Below, piece after piece: positions 40,857-49,882 of a stretch of DNA of 64,000 nucleotides. Origin of the DNA: Methanobacteriota archaeon (GTDB lineage Archaea > JAADCQ01 > Methanopyri > Methanopyrales > Methanopyraceae); NCBI GenBank assembly GCA_027064425.1, contig JAMOPO010000027.1, positions 96,001 to 160,000 of the forward strand, read 5' to 3'. Position 1 is the first letter of the stretch, and each line of letters begins with the position of its first letter. The position numbers were made by a program, and so were the translations under genes. The notes beneath the pieces are model-generated. The model worked only from the letters and a program-made list of their open reading frames with translations, searched no databases and was not told the DNA's origin.

Positions 40857-41802
40857 GCCGCTCGATGCGCTTCTCCGTGGGCGGGTGCGTGCTGAACAGG
40901 CGCGCCAGCCGGCCGCTGAACGGGTTCCGGATCCACAGGTGAGCGGTGGACGCGTCCGCCGCGGTCTCCGCGGGGATCGAGACGCCGCGCACGGCCTCCT
41001 CGATCTTAGCCAGCGCGTTCGCGAGGCCGAGCGGGTCACCGGTCAGCCGGGCGCTGCCCTCGTCCGCCAGGTACTCCCGGGTGCGACTGATGGCGGCCGT
41101 GATCAGGGTCACGATCAGGGACACGACGATTCCCAGCCCGATCAGCGTCAGCCAGTCTTCCTCGGAGTCGGTGGCGATGTTAATGAACGGGTCCAGGGCG
41201 TAGGACAGCGTCGTCCCGATCGCGGCGGCGAGCGTCATGATCAGCGTGTCGCGGTTTCGGATGTGCGAGACCTCGTGTCCGAGTACGCCGCGGATTTCCC
41301 GGTCGTTCAGCAGCTTCAGTAGGCCCTCCGTAACGCCCACGACCGGGCTGGACCGCCGCCCCACCGCGAAGGCGTTGGGCAGGGCTCCGAGCCCGGTCTC
41401 CTCGGGAACGACCACGAGCTTGGGCTCCCGAATGCCGGCCTTGGAGGCCAGCTCGGAGACGATCTGGCGGACCCTGTCCAGCCGGTCGGATAGCTCCGGC
41501 CTCAGCGCCCGGAACTCCTCCTCCCTGACGGCACCCATGCTCACGAGGACCATCTTGGGTCCGAGGAGGTACGAGACCGCCGCCCAGGCCAGCCCGATGA
41601 CCGCCCCTACGACCACGCTCTTCGTAAGGAGGGCCGTGACTCCCGCGAGCACCGAGAACAGGAGGCCCAGCAGCCCGACGGTCCTCAGCACGATGAACGT
41701 GCTCCGATCGCTCAGTCTGCCGATTGCGAGCAGGGCCAGCGAGGCGGCCGCCATCGGCGCGAGGACTTTGAGCGCCAGTTCCGCGCTCATCGCGTACCCC
41801 AC
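40828..41802 (-). CDS. htpX: Zinc metalloprotease HtpX (M48)
   Basis: PNAFA.G, GVLGHEVSHI, SRTREYLAD, FSTHPP..KRI. Confidence 0.93.
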   Translation of the reverse strand: MGYAMSAELALKVLAPMAAASLALLAIGRLSDRSTFIVLRTVGLLGLLFSVLAGVTALLTKSVVVGAVIGLAWAAVSYLLGPKMVLVSMGAVREEEFRALRPELSDRLDRVRQIVSELASKAGIREPKLVVVPEETGLGALPNAFAVGRRSSPVVGVTEGLLKLLNDREIRGVLGHEVSHIRNRDTLIMTLAAAIGTTLSYALDPFINIATDSEEDWLTLIGLGIVVSLIVTLITAAISRTREYLADEGSARLTGDPLGLANALAKIEEAVRGVSIPAETAADASTAHLWIRNPFSGRLARLFSTHPPTEKRIERLRKLAEELS

Positions 41803-42948
41803 CTAGAACTCCCTCTCGTACACGATCCGGCCGGGTAGCTTCCCGGCTCTCGTCACGTAAACTACGTCGTACCGCTCATAGCTTTTCCGCAGCCGGGCGA
41901 CGTCCCGGCGGTTCAGCCGCACCCCGATCGAGCGCACGGTCGGCGGCCCCTCCCCCTCCTCACCCACCTTGACCACCCGGACCACGTGATCGGGCGGGTC
42001 CTCCGGCGGTTCCCCGGTCGTGGCGAGCAGGGACTCGCTCCCAGGAACCAGCGTTGGGTACGCATCCAGCTCCTCCGCTAAAGTCGTTGATAACCTGGCC
42101 TTGCGCACGGCCGGGTCCTGCTCGATGACGTAGCTGACCCGGTTCGGCCTCGGGGCATCCTTCGGGACCTCGGGCGTCCCCTCCAAGACGGCGTAAGTCT
42201 CGGAGACCACCGCGGCCGCCCCATCCGTCAGGTTCGTCCAGCAGACCGCGCGCACCTCCCGCGCCCGGCTGAACACCACGGTCCCCGGCCTCGTTTCGGT
42301 CGCCGGCGGCACCTCGATCAGGTGGGGGAGGTCGGAGAGGATCTCTCGCAGCCGCGTCGCGGGTGGGCGCGTCTCCTGGGGGCGGCGGGCACCGCGCCGG
42401 CTCGGATCCGCGTGGGCGACGTCGGCGTCGCCGGTCGGCGGCTCTCGGATCGCGTCGGCCTCCAGCACGCGGACCTCGCCCTGGGCGTGGAGGCGGGCGT
42501 TCACGCGCAGGGCGCGGGCGCGGGACCCGTCCCGCTCGACGGAGTGCACGGAGTAGTGCTCGGACAGCGCGAGCGAGTCACCGCCGATCCCGGCGCAGAG
42601 ATCGAGGCACTCGCGACCGCCCGCGCGGTCCCTGAGGAAGCGGGCCTTGGCGCGCGCCACCGCCTCCCCGGTGAGCTCCTCGGCCGCGCGCGTGTCCGGG
42701 CACGCGAGCGGGGCCCAGTCCTCGACCTTCTCGGCCACCTTGGTGTGGATGGTGACCAGGACGGTGACCAGCGGGTCGGTGCCGACGTTGGGGTCCCGCC
42801 GGAGCCTCTCGAGCGGGTCGGTGCAGTCGGTGTAGGGGAGGGCGACGGCGGCCTCCCGGGGCTCGAGGCGTCGGACGACGTCCTCGGGGTTCCTCGTCTC
42901 CTCGAGCACGGACTTGATCCTCTCCCAGTCTAGGTCGAGCGTCCTCAC
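41803..42948 (-). CDS. Class I SAM-dependent methyltransferase (probably RNA-targeting)
   Basis: DLCAGIGGD motif I, ADPSRR, C-terminal E.DPAV.KA region. Confidence 0.75.
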   Translation of the reverse strand: MRTLDLDWERIKSVLEETRNPEDVVRRLEPREAAVALPYTDCTDPLERLRRDPNVGTDPLVTVLVTIHTKVAEKVEDWAPLACPDTRAAEELTGEAVARAKARFLRDRAGGRECLDLCAGIGGDSLALSEHYSVHSVERDGSRARALRVNARLHAQGEVRVLEADAIREPPTGDADVAHADPSRRGARRPQETRPPATRLREILSDLPHLIEVPPATETRPGTVVFSRAREVRAVCWTNLTDGAAAVVSETYAVLEGTPEVPKDAPRPNRVSYVIEQDPAVRKARLSTTLAEELDAYPTLVPGSESLLATTGEPPEDPPDHVVRVVKVGEEGEGPPTVRSIGVRLNRRDVARLRKSYERYDVVYVTRAGKLPGRIVYEREF

Positions 42949-43655
42949 AGGATGCCCAGCTCCCTTGGATCCGTCTCGCTGGGTTCCACGCCGAGCTTCC
43001 TCGCGACCTTAATCAGCGGCTTGAACCGGCCGACCTCCTCGGGCGCGTGAGCGTCGGAGCCGAAGGTGATGGGGGCGCCCACGCGCACGGCGATCTGGTA
43101 CAGGGTGAAGTCGCGCGGCAGGTGGCGGGCGTTGAGCTCCAGGCCGACGTTGTGGTCGGCCGCGGCCCGGGCGATCTCCTCGGCTTCCTGCGCGGTGATG
43201 CGGCAGTTCAGCTCCTCTAGTATCCACACGGGGTGGGCGATGATGTGAACCTCGCCGCGCTCGATGCAGCGGAGGGTGGCCTGAACGATGGCCCGGCGCG
43301 TTTCCTCCGTTGGCGTCGCGCTGGGAACTAGAAGGTGCGGGTGGTGGACGGCGCCGAGGACCAGGTCAGCCTGTTCCAGCATTCCCGGGGTCGCGTCGAT
43401 CTCGCCCGTGGGTGAAACGATGTTGGCCTCCACGCCGGCGTAGACCTTCACCGACAGCTGGCGCTCCGCCTCGCGGGCCTCGGCGACCAGGCGTCGGAAG
43501 GAGCGGTCGCTGAGTCCCTCGGGTGAGGCGGGACCGTGGTCGGTCAGCGCCACCGCCTCGAGGCCTCTCTCCTCGGCGGCGGCCGCGTTCTCGAACGGCG
43601 TTCCGAGCCCGTCGGAGTAGATGGTGTGGGTGTGCAGATCGTACCGCAGCCTCAA
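42945..43655 (-). CDS. PHP-domain hydrolase
   Basis: DLHTHT.YSDG, TDH, GVE, AHP, GSDAH. Confidence 0.88.
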   Translation of the reverse strand: MRLRYDLHTHTIYSDGLGTPFENAAAAEERGLEAVALTDHGPASPEGLSDRSFRRLVAEAREAERQLSVKVYAGVEANIVSPTGEIDATPGMLEQADLVLGAVHHPHLLVPSATPTEETRRAIVQATLRCIERGEVHIIAHPVWILEELNCRITAQEAEEIARAAADHNVGLELNARHLPRDFTLYQIAVRVGAPITFGSDAHAPEEVGRFKPLIKVARKLGVEPSETDPRELGIL

Positions 43656-43668
43656 AGCGGGGGTCCCG

Positions 43669-44853
43669 TCACTTCAGCGCTCTTAGCCGCACCTCCGGCT
43701 CCAGCGTCCTCGGCTCGGCCGCCACGATCGCCGCGCCCTTGGCGACCACCGTCATCGGGTCGTCGGCCAACTCGGCGGGGATGTCCGTTTCCTCCTCGAT
43801 GCGAGCCTGCAGTCCCGGCATCAGGGACGTGCCGCCGACCAGGACGGTGTTGTCGTACACGCCCGGGACCAGCTCCGCCGGTAGCCGGTCCAGGATCCGG
43901 CGGATGGCGCGGATGATCTCCTGCACGACGGGCTCGGCGGCCTTGGCCACCAGCTCCGAGTCGATCGTGATCTCCTTGGGCTTGTTCGTCTCGACGTCCT
44001 TCCCCACGACCTCGATCTCCTTGTCCTCGAGGTCCTCGGTCTCCGTGAACACCCTGCCCACCTCGATCTTGGCCCGCTCGGCCTCGTGAATGCCTATTCG
44101 AACGCCGTACTCCTCCTCGACCAGCTCGACGATGTTCTGGTCGATGTCGTCGCCGCCGACGCGCATGGTCTCCTGGTCCGTGATGCCGCCCAGGGAGATG
44201 ACCGCGATGTCGGTGGAACCCGCGCCGATGTCGATCACCATCGTGCCCGTCGGCTCGGCGATGGGGAGGCCGGCGCCGATGGCCGCCGCCAGGGCCTCCT
44301 GGATGACGATCACGTTGCTCTCGTCGATCCCAACCTCAACGGTCGCCTCCTTGATCGCGCGGCGCTCCACCTCGGAGGCGTCGCCCGGGACGCCAACGGC
44401 GACCCGCTCGACCTCGTCCGGGTTGTTGTCGGAGCCGACCTCGATCGCGTACTGGACGATGAACTTGGCGTACTCCATCGACTCGATAACTCCGTGCCGG
44501 AGGGGTCGGACGGCCACGATGTCCTCCGGGGTGCGTCCGAGCATCTTGCGGGCTTCCTCACCGATGGCGAGGACCTTGTCGGTCCCCTTCTTCACGGCCA
44601 CCACGGACGGGAACTGCTTAACGTGGAACTCCTCCTCGGAGGGCCGCGCCACGACGGTGTTCATGGTGCCCAGGTCGATGCCTAAGGCGGCGTAGTCCCC
44701 GTAGATCTCGACCTCCTCCGCCTTGGCCTCCTCGCTCTCCAGCTCCTCGGTAATGGACTTGCGCTCCTCCTCTTCCTCCTCCTGCTCCTCGGCCCGCTCC
44801 TCCTTCTCTCCTGCCTCCTCCTCTTCCTTCCTCCTCCGCTTCCAAAGCGGCAA
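43669..44853 (-). CDS. mreB: Actin-like rod-shape protein MreB
   Basis: GIDLGT.NT, MLGRTP, AAAIGAGLPI, DIGAGSTD, LVGGTSL, VAKG. Confidence 0.93.
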   Translation of the reverse strand: MPLWKRRRKEEEEAGEKEERAEEQEEEEEERKSITEELESEEAKAEEVEIYGDYAALGIDLGTMNTVVARPSEEEFHVKQFPSVVAVKKGTDKVLAIGEEARKMLGRTPEDIVAVRPLRHGVIESMEYAKFIVQYAIEVGSDNNPDEVERVAVGVPGDASEVERRAIKEATVEVGIDESNVIVIQEALAAAIGAGLPIAEPTGTMVIDIGAGSTDIAVISLGGITDQETMRVGGDDIDQNIVELVEEEYGVRIGIHEAERAKIEVGRVFTETEDLEDKEIEVVGKDVETNKPKEITIDSELVAKAAEPVVQEIIRAIRRILDRLPAELVPGVYDNTVLVGGTSLMPGLQARIEEETDIPAELADDPMTVVAKGAAIVAAEPRTLEPEVRLRALK

Positions 44854-44868
44854 GGGGCGGGTTCCCCG

Positions 44869-45489
44869 CTAATCCTCCTCCCCGGTCTTAGGGATCTCGT
44901 AGGCGTAGATACCGCGCTCCTCCACAATGTCTCGGAACCCGTCAGGGTCCTCAACGGACAGGACCATGATGCTGAAAGTCTCCTCCTCCACTCCCAAGAA
45001 CATGCTAATAATGTTCCTGACGGGGCGCGGCATCAAGTCGAAGAGCACCATCGAGGTCTCGATGAACGCAACACCTCTCCTCCTTTTGTTAACCTTGATG
45101 TTCATCCGGCTCCGGGCCCTCGACAGCACGCCCTTGAGCACGGAGTCGGGCCCGGCGACGACGTAGTCCCCATCGCTTTCCCCAAAAACGAGCGATAAGA
45201 GCTCGGACTTGGTGGCTACCCGGCTGATGAGCGAGGTGATCTCCGGGGTAGAGCGGATGAGCGTTACCCCGTACCGCCAGACGATGACCCCATGGCGCGT
45301 TTTGATTACCTCGTTGTCCACGATCTCGAAGTTCGAGAACCGCATCGTCTCGTACAGCGCCTCCTCGATATCCTCCGGGTCTCCCAGGATGAGGCAGTAG
45401 GAGTTCATCTCCTCGTCCATCTCCTCGTACGACACGGCGGCGGACCGCAGCAACTTGACTCTGGTCTCCGGATCATCGGTCACCTTCAA
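44869..45489 (-). CDS. Hypothetical protein in the oap-mreB operon
   Basis: Start overlaps the oapC stop; no recognised motif. Confidence 0.65.
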   Translation of the reverse strand: MKVTDDPETRVKLLRSAAVSYEEMDEEMNSYCLILGDPEDIEEALYETMRFSNFEIVDNEVIKTRHGVIVWRYGVTLIRSTPEITSLISRVATKSELLSLVFGESDGDYVVAGPDSVLKGVLSRARSRMNIKVNKRRRGVAFIETSMVLFDLMPRPVRNIISMFLGVEEETFSIMVLSVEDPDGFRDIVEERGIYAYEIPKTGEED

Positions 45490-45761
45490 CGCTCGCGTCC
45501 CCGCTCGTCCGCGGGTGGGAACAAGATGAAGTACTTTCCAGACTTGTAAACAGTGACGACGTCGTCAATGTTGTTAATGTTAATCCTGTACACTCCGTCG
45601 CGCTCAACGACGATTGTGGCTGGATCAGAGTCGTCATTCTCCGGGATGCGCTCGAACAGCTTACATCCGCAGTTTGGGCAGCCCTTACGGATCAAGTCGT
45701 CGTTCAACTCAGTGAGGATCTCGCCGCAGTTAACGCACCGGTGCGGCATGCCGGCGGTCAC
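45486..45761 (-). CDS. OapC/ArvC-like Zn-ribbon protein (DUF2072)
   Basis: MPHRCVNCG...GCPNCG..LF, G.Y.IN, G.YFI. Confidence 0.85.
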   Translation of the reverse strand: MTAGMPHRCVNCGEILTELNDDLIRKGCPNCGCKLFERIPENDDSDPATIVVERDGVYRININNIDDVVTVYKSGKYFILFPPADERGRER

Positions 45762-46129
45762 CCTAGCTTTAACGTGATAAAGTCCTCGCCCTTCTTCAGG
45801 TCCTTGAGCACGTCCGCCGGGGAGATCACCGTCACTCCCTCCTCCGACCGGCGACCCAGGAGCTTGTCAACGAGGCTGCGCCTGGACCGCTGGGCCTTGG
45901 CCTTGGGAGGAACGACGTAGATGTCAATTCCCGTGAACTCCTCCACGTCCACCTCCTCCATCGTGCGCTGGATGATCTCGGTGAGGAGGTCCGGGTTCAG
46001 CTGTCCCTCGAAGACGATCACCGCGCCGTCCTTCGCCTTCTCGATCACGTAGTCGACGATCTCCGTCCTGGACATCCCCTCGAGCGCCGACTTCGCCATA
46101 ACCTCCACCTTAATCTCCTCGCCCGTCAA
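45758..46129 (-). CDS. OapB/ArvB-like protein (DUF2073)
   Basis: IVFEG.L.P....IIQRTM.EVD...FTGI, KLLG, TVI.PA. Confidence 0.85.
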   Translation of the reverse strand: MTGEEIKVEVMAKSALEGMSRTEIVDYVIEKAKDGAVIVFEGQLNPDLLTEIIQRTMEEVDVEEFTGIDIYVVPPKAKAQRSRRSLVDKLLGRRSEEGVTVISPADVLKDLKKGEDFITLKLG

Positions 46130-46755
46130 CTCGTGAACTCCCTGACCATCGCCTTATAGAGGTCCTCCATGTTCTCTCCGGTCTTCGCGGAGACCTTAAC
46201 GATCGGGTAGTCCGAGAAGGCGTCTTCCACGGCGCTCGGGTCCGCCTCTTTTAAGTCTATCTTGTTCGCTACGACGATGAACGGGATCTCGTTCGCCTCC
46301 AGGTTGCCGATCAGCGTCACGTTCACCTGCGTGAGCGGATCCTTCGTGGAGTCGATCACGACCAGCGCTCCATCAATGTTCTTGAGCATCCGGATGGCCT
46401 CGACCACGCCCCGCGTCGCCTCCTTGGCCCGCTGCTTGGCCTCCCTCACGTCCAATCCGTACTTAAGGAACTTCCGATAGTCAACCTTCGTGGCGACGCC
46501 GGGCGTGTCCACGATCTCAAAGTCGACCCGGGACGAGCCGAGCTCTATCCGCACCCGCCTGCGGACGGAGCACCTGGTCTCGTGCGGGATCTCGGAGACC
46601 TCGCCGAACCTCTCCGCGCCCCAGTCCTCGGCGATCCTGTTGGCGAGGGTCGTTTTGCCGACGTTGGGGGCCCCGTAGATCCCGATCCTCACCTCCTCCC
46701 TCGACCGCGATCGAAAGTACCTCAGGAGCCGCTGGATGACGCTCTTAGGCTTCAC
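46126..46755 (-). CDS. Era-like small GTPase OapA/ArvA
   Basis: IGIYGAPNVGKTTLANRI, PHETR, DTPG, EAT.GV.EAI, DP..QVN, NKIDL. Confidence 0.9.
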   Translation of the reverse strand: MKPKSVIQRLLRYFRSRSREEVRIGIYGAPNVGKTTLANRIAEDWGAERFGEVSEIPHETRCSVRRRVRIELGSSRVDFEIVDTPGVATKVDYRKFLKYGLDVREAKQRAKEATRGVVEAIRMLKNIDGALVVIDSTKDPLTQVNVTLIGNLEANEIPFIVVANKIDLKEADPSAVEDAFSDYPIVKVSAKTGENMEDLYKAMVREFTS

Positions 46756-46781
46756 GTGATCACCCCGTTGGGGGCGGCGAG

Positions 46782-47327
46782 GTGGGGCTGGCACGATTCG
46801 TGAAGAGGGCTATCAGGTGCCCGAGGCGAGTGGGGGCGCCGGCGCCCACGCTCAGGAGGACGGCGAGGTTCATGATCGAGGTCACGGGCGTCGGAAAGGG
46901 AGACGTGATCGTGGACGCGGGCACCGGGACGGGGGTAATCGCCCTCGAGGCCGCGCGGCGCGGCTGCGAGGTGATCGCCGTGGACCTGGACGAGGAGCTG
47001 CTGCGGGTGGCCCGAGCCAGGGCGCGGGAGGAGGGGCTCGACGACCGAATCGAGTTCGTGCGAGCGGACGTCCGGGAGCTGCCCGAGCTCGTGGACCGAG
47101 TCGACGCGGTGATTTCCACGGTCCCCATCAAGACGCTCCCCGATCCAGAGCGAGTCTTTGAGGCCTACGCCGAGGTGATTCGACCCGACGGTAAGATCAC
47201 GCAGCTCACGCACTGGCCGCGCCACTTTCGGCGCGTGATCTCCCGAGCTCCGGTGCGGGTGGAGCGGCGTTACCTCAGGTGGGTTCACCTAATCCCGGGG
47301 TTCATCTTCGTCTGCCGGCGGGAGTGA
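46782..47327 (+). CDS. Phospholipid N-methyltransferase-like protein (PmtA/COG3963)
   Basis: VGAPAPT...TARFM, VDAGTGTG, DAVISTVP, DG.ITQLT; upstream of psd and pssA. Confidence 0.72.
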   Translation: MGLARFVKRAIRCPRRVGAPAPTLRRTARFMIEVTGVGKGDVIVDAGTGTGVIALEAARRGCEVIAVDLDEELLRVARARAREEGLDDRIEFVRADVRELPELVDRVDAVISTVPIKTLPDPERVFEAYAEVIRPDGKITQLTHWPRHFRRVISRAPVRVERRYLRWVHLIPGFIFVCRRE

Positions 47328-47333
47328 CGCGAG

Positions 47334-47999
47334 ATGATGGCCCCAAAGTGGCGGAGGTTCGTCCTCCCGCCCGCCATCCTCGGCGCGCTGGCCGCGCCCG
47401 CGTGCAAGCCCCTCTCCGCGCTGCTCCTGGCCGCCGCCGGCTTCCTGGCGTTCTTCTTCCGCAACCCGGGGCGCGAGCCGCCGAGCGATCCAAACGTGAT
47501 GGTCTCGGCCGCCGACGGCAGGCTCCTGGGCAGGGTCATGCACGTCGGTCCGGGCGATGAGGAGGTGGAGTCCTACCTGGATAATCCCGTGATGGTCTCC
47601 GTGTTCATGTCCCCGCTGGACGTGCACGTGAACCGTGCCCCGTTCGATGGCGTCGTCCGAGAGGTGGAGCGGATCAGGGGCCGGACCGTGCCCGCGTTCA
47701 AGGGCTCCTCGGCCCTGGAGAACCACCGGGCCGTCCTTCTCTTCGAGGGCCGGATCCCGTTCCTCGTGCGGCTCGTCGTCGGGGCGGTCGCGCGGCGAAT
47801 TGATCTGTACGTCGACGAGGGCGACCGAGTGCGCCGCGGACAACCAATAGGAATGATAAGGTTGGGATCCCGGGTGGACGTGGCTGTCCCTCGCTCCCAC
47901 GTTGACAGCGTCTTGGTGTCGGAGGGGGACCGCGTCAAGGCGGGAGAGACGCCGATAATCAGGCTGAAAGAGGGGATACGACGTGAGCGGCGCGAGTGA
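47334..47999 (+). CDS. psd: Archaetidylserine decarboxylase proenzyme
   Basis: FFRNP.R, SAADG, FMSPLDVHVNRAP, ARRI, GMIRLGSRVD self-cleavage site. Confidence 0.93.
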   Translation: MMAPKWRRFVLPPAILGALAAPACKPLSALLLAAAGFLAFFFRNPGREPPSDPNVMVSAADGRLLGRVMHVGPGDEEVESYLDNPVMVSVFMSPLDVHVNRAPFDGVVREVERIRGRTVPAFKGSSALENHRAVLLFEGRIPFLVRLVVGAVARRIDLYVDEGDRVRRGQPIGMIRLGSRVDVAVPRSHVDSVLVSEGDRVKAGETPIIRLKEGIRRERRE

Positions 48000-48717
48000 G
48001 AGATGGAAGATCACCAACATGATCAACGCTCCGTCGATCGTGTCCATGTTCAACGTCGCCTTCGGGACGGTCTCCATCCTCGCGTCCCTCTCCGGGTGCC
48101 CCGGCATCGCCTCTCGCATGATCCTGCTCTCGTTCATCGCCGACTCCCTCGACGGCTTCGTGGCCCGGAAGAAGCGCGAGACGTCCGAGTTCGGCAAGAA
48201 CCTGGACTCGATCGCGGACGTGGTCTCGTTCGCCGTGGCTCCCGCCGCCCTCGTCATCTCCGCGAAGATGGTCCCACCACCCGTGGTTTACCCGCTGGCC
48301 GTGGCGCTGGTCTGCTGCGGCGCCCTGCGCCTCGCGCGATTCAACACGATGTGCTCCGAGGGTTACACCCCGGACGATTACTACCTCGGCCTCCCCGTCC
48401 CCTGGGTCGGCACCGCCACCGCCTGCCTCTACTTCCTGACGTTCGACCTCCCCTCGCGCCTCTGGCCTCTCGTTAACGCCGGGGTGCTGACGGGAGCGTC
48501 GGCCCTCATGATCTCCACGGTCAAATTCCCGAGCTTCAAGCACCCGCACCCCACCGTGATCGCCCTCGGCGGCATCTCGCTGCTAGCGCTGATCTTCAGC
48601 CCGCTGGTCTGGCCCGGCGGGCTCCGGGAGAAACTGGAAATAGCCTCATCGGGGGCCATCGTGGGCCTCCTCTCGTACTACGTGATCAAGGGGGTGGTGA
48701 GGTGCGTCCGTCGGTGA
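47983..48717 (+). CDS. pssA: Archaetidylserine synthase
   Basis: DSLDGFVAR....S.FG..LDS.AD.VSF and LRLARFN. Confidence 0.93.
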   Translation: MSGASERWKITNMINAPSIVSMFNVAFGTVSILASLSGCPGIASRMILLSFIADSLDGFVARKKRETSEFGKNLDSIADVVSFAVAPAALVISAKMVPPPVVYPLAVALVCCGALRLARFNTMCSEGYTPDDYYLGLPVPWVGTATACLYFLTFDLPSRLWPLVNAGVLTGASALMISTVKFPSFKHPHPTVIALGGISLLALIFSPLVWPGGLREKLEIASSGAIVGLLSYYVIKGVVRCVRR

Positions 48718-49811
48718 TCACCACCACCGCCATCATCGGCCGGGACATTCCGGAGGAGCGCCGGCACGCCATCGTGGGCGCGCTGGTGCTCGGTCTGATC
48801 ATCCTCGGGGCGGCCGTCGGCGCATGGTACTTCCTGTACTACCGACCGTACATGAAGCAGCTGGAGAAGCTCCGTCAGCAGAAGCTGGCTGAACTGAACA
48901 AGTACTTCACAGGGCCGCTGGCTACCTCCCCGGTTCGGGCTAAGCTGCAGCAGCAAATCTTGTCTGCGGAAACGATAGAGCAGCTGCAGGCTATAGACGT
49001 GGTGGGTGCGGCCACGGTTGAATGGCAGAAGTACCAGATTTCCCAAATTAAGCGGAATCAGAAGAACGGTCGGGTGGAGCTGGTCACGCCTCAGGGACCG
49101 CAGCTGATGTCCGTCAAGGACGCGATCGCTAAGGTGAAGTCGATGTCCGTCGACGACCTGATGCGCCTGGTCGTTAAGCGCCCGGAGACGGTGCTAATCG
49201 CCGTTTGGGCCGACCCCAACAAAACGGGTGCCATCCGCGTCGGGGACAGGGTGACGCTCTCGACCGTGAACTGGGTGATCAAAACCGCCCTGCGCAAGCG
49301 CGGAGAGGCCAAGGTCCCGTCGGAGTTGTTGAGAGGCCCTAACCAGATCAGCGGCGGCGTCGTCAGGTACATCTTCCTGGTTCGCGGCGGGCAGCTGAAC
49401 CTCAACACGAAGATCAACCTGCAGTCCGCCGCCAAGGCGGCCGAGCTGTACCGGTCCGGTAGCGTCGACATTGCCGCGAGGAAGATCGTGATCCCGGCGT
49501 CTCTGGTCGGCGCGGCAGCCGGTGGGCCCGGCGCGGGCGGGCCCGGAGCCGGGAGGACCCTCACCGAGCGGGCTAGGGAGCCGATGGTTGGAATCGTTGA
49601 TTTGACCGACTTCGTGAAGGCCATGGCACTGGCCAGGGCGAGGAAGGGTGGCGGATTTATCAAGCAGCTGATGTCGCTGGAGCAGCGGGAGGGTATTCGG
49701 GGATGGGATAAGCTGATCGTGGTCGTCGAGATCCCGAAGGATGCCGTAACGCCGAAGATTCTCATAGCTGCCGCGATCCGCGGTGGCTTCTGGATCATGC
49801 CGGAGCGGTAG
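48702..49811 (+). CDS. DUF515-like single-pass membrane protein
   Basis: RR..IVGA.V TM, K..ELNKYFTG, I.SA.T.EQL..IDV..AAT..W. Confidence 0.65.
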   Translation: MRPSVITTTAIIGRDIPEERRHAIVGALVLGLIILGAAVGAWYFLYYRPYMKQLEKLRQQKLAELNKYFTGPLATSPVRAKLQQQILSAETIEQLQAIDVVGAATVEWQKYQISQIKRNQKNGRVELVTPQGPQLMSVKDAIAKVKSMSVDDLMRLVVKRPETVLIAVWADPNKTGAIRVGDRVTLSTVNWVIKTALRKRGEAKVPSELLRGPNQISGGVVRYIFLVRGGQLNLNTKINLQSAAKAAELYRSGSVDIAARKIVIPASLVGAAAGGPGAGGPGAGRTLTERAREPMVGIVDLTDFVKAMALARARKGGGFIKQLMSLEQREGIRGWDKLIVVVEIPKDAVTPKILIAAAIRGGFWIMPER

Positions 49812-49882
49812 CGGCTCTCTCATCGAAACGTCTTAAAGAATGCCGGGCTCACTAGCCGAACGCACGGGGAGGGGGATACTCA

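Noticed and set aside
45486-46800. Replication origin implied by oap genes
   Set aside because: No intergenic space, ORB repeats or cdc6 gene seen nearby
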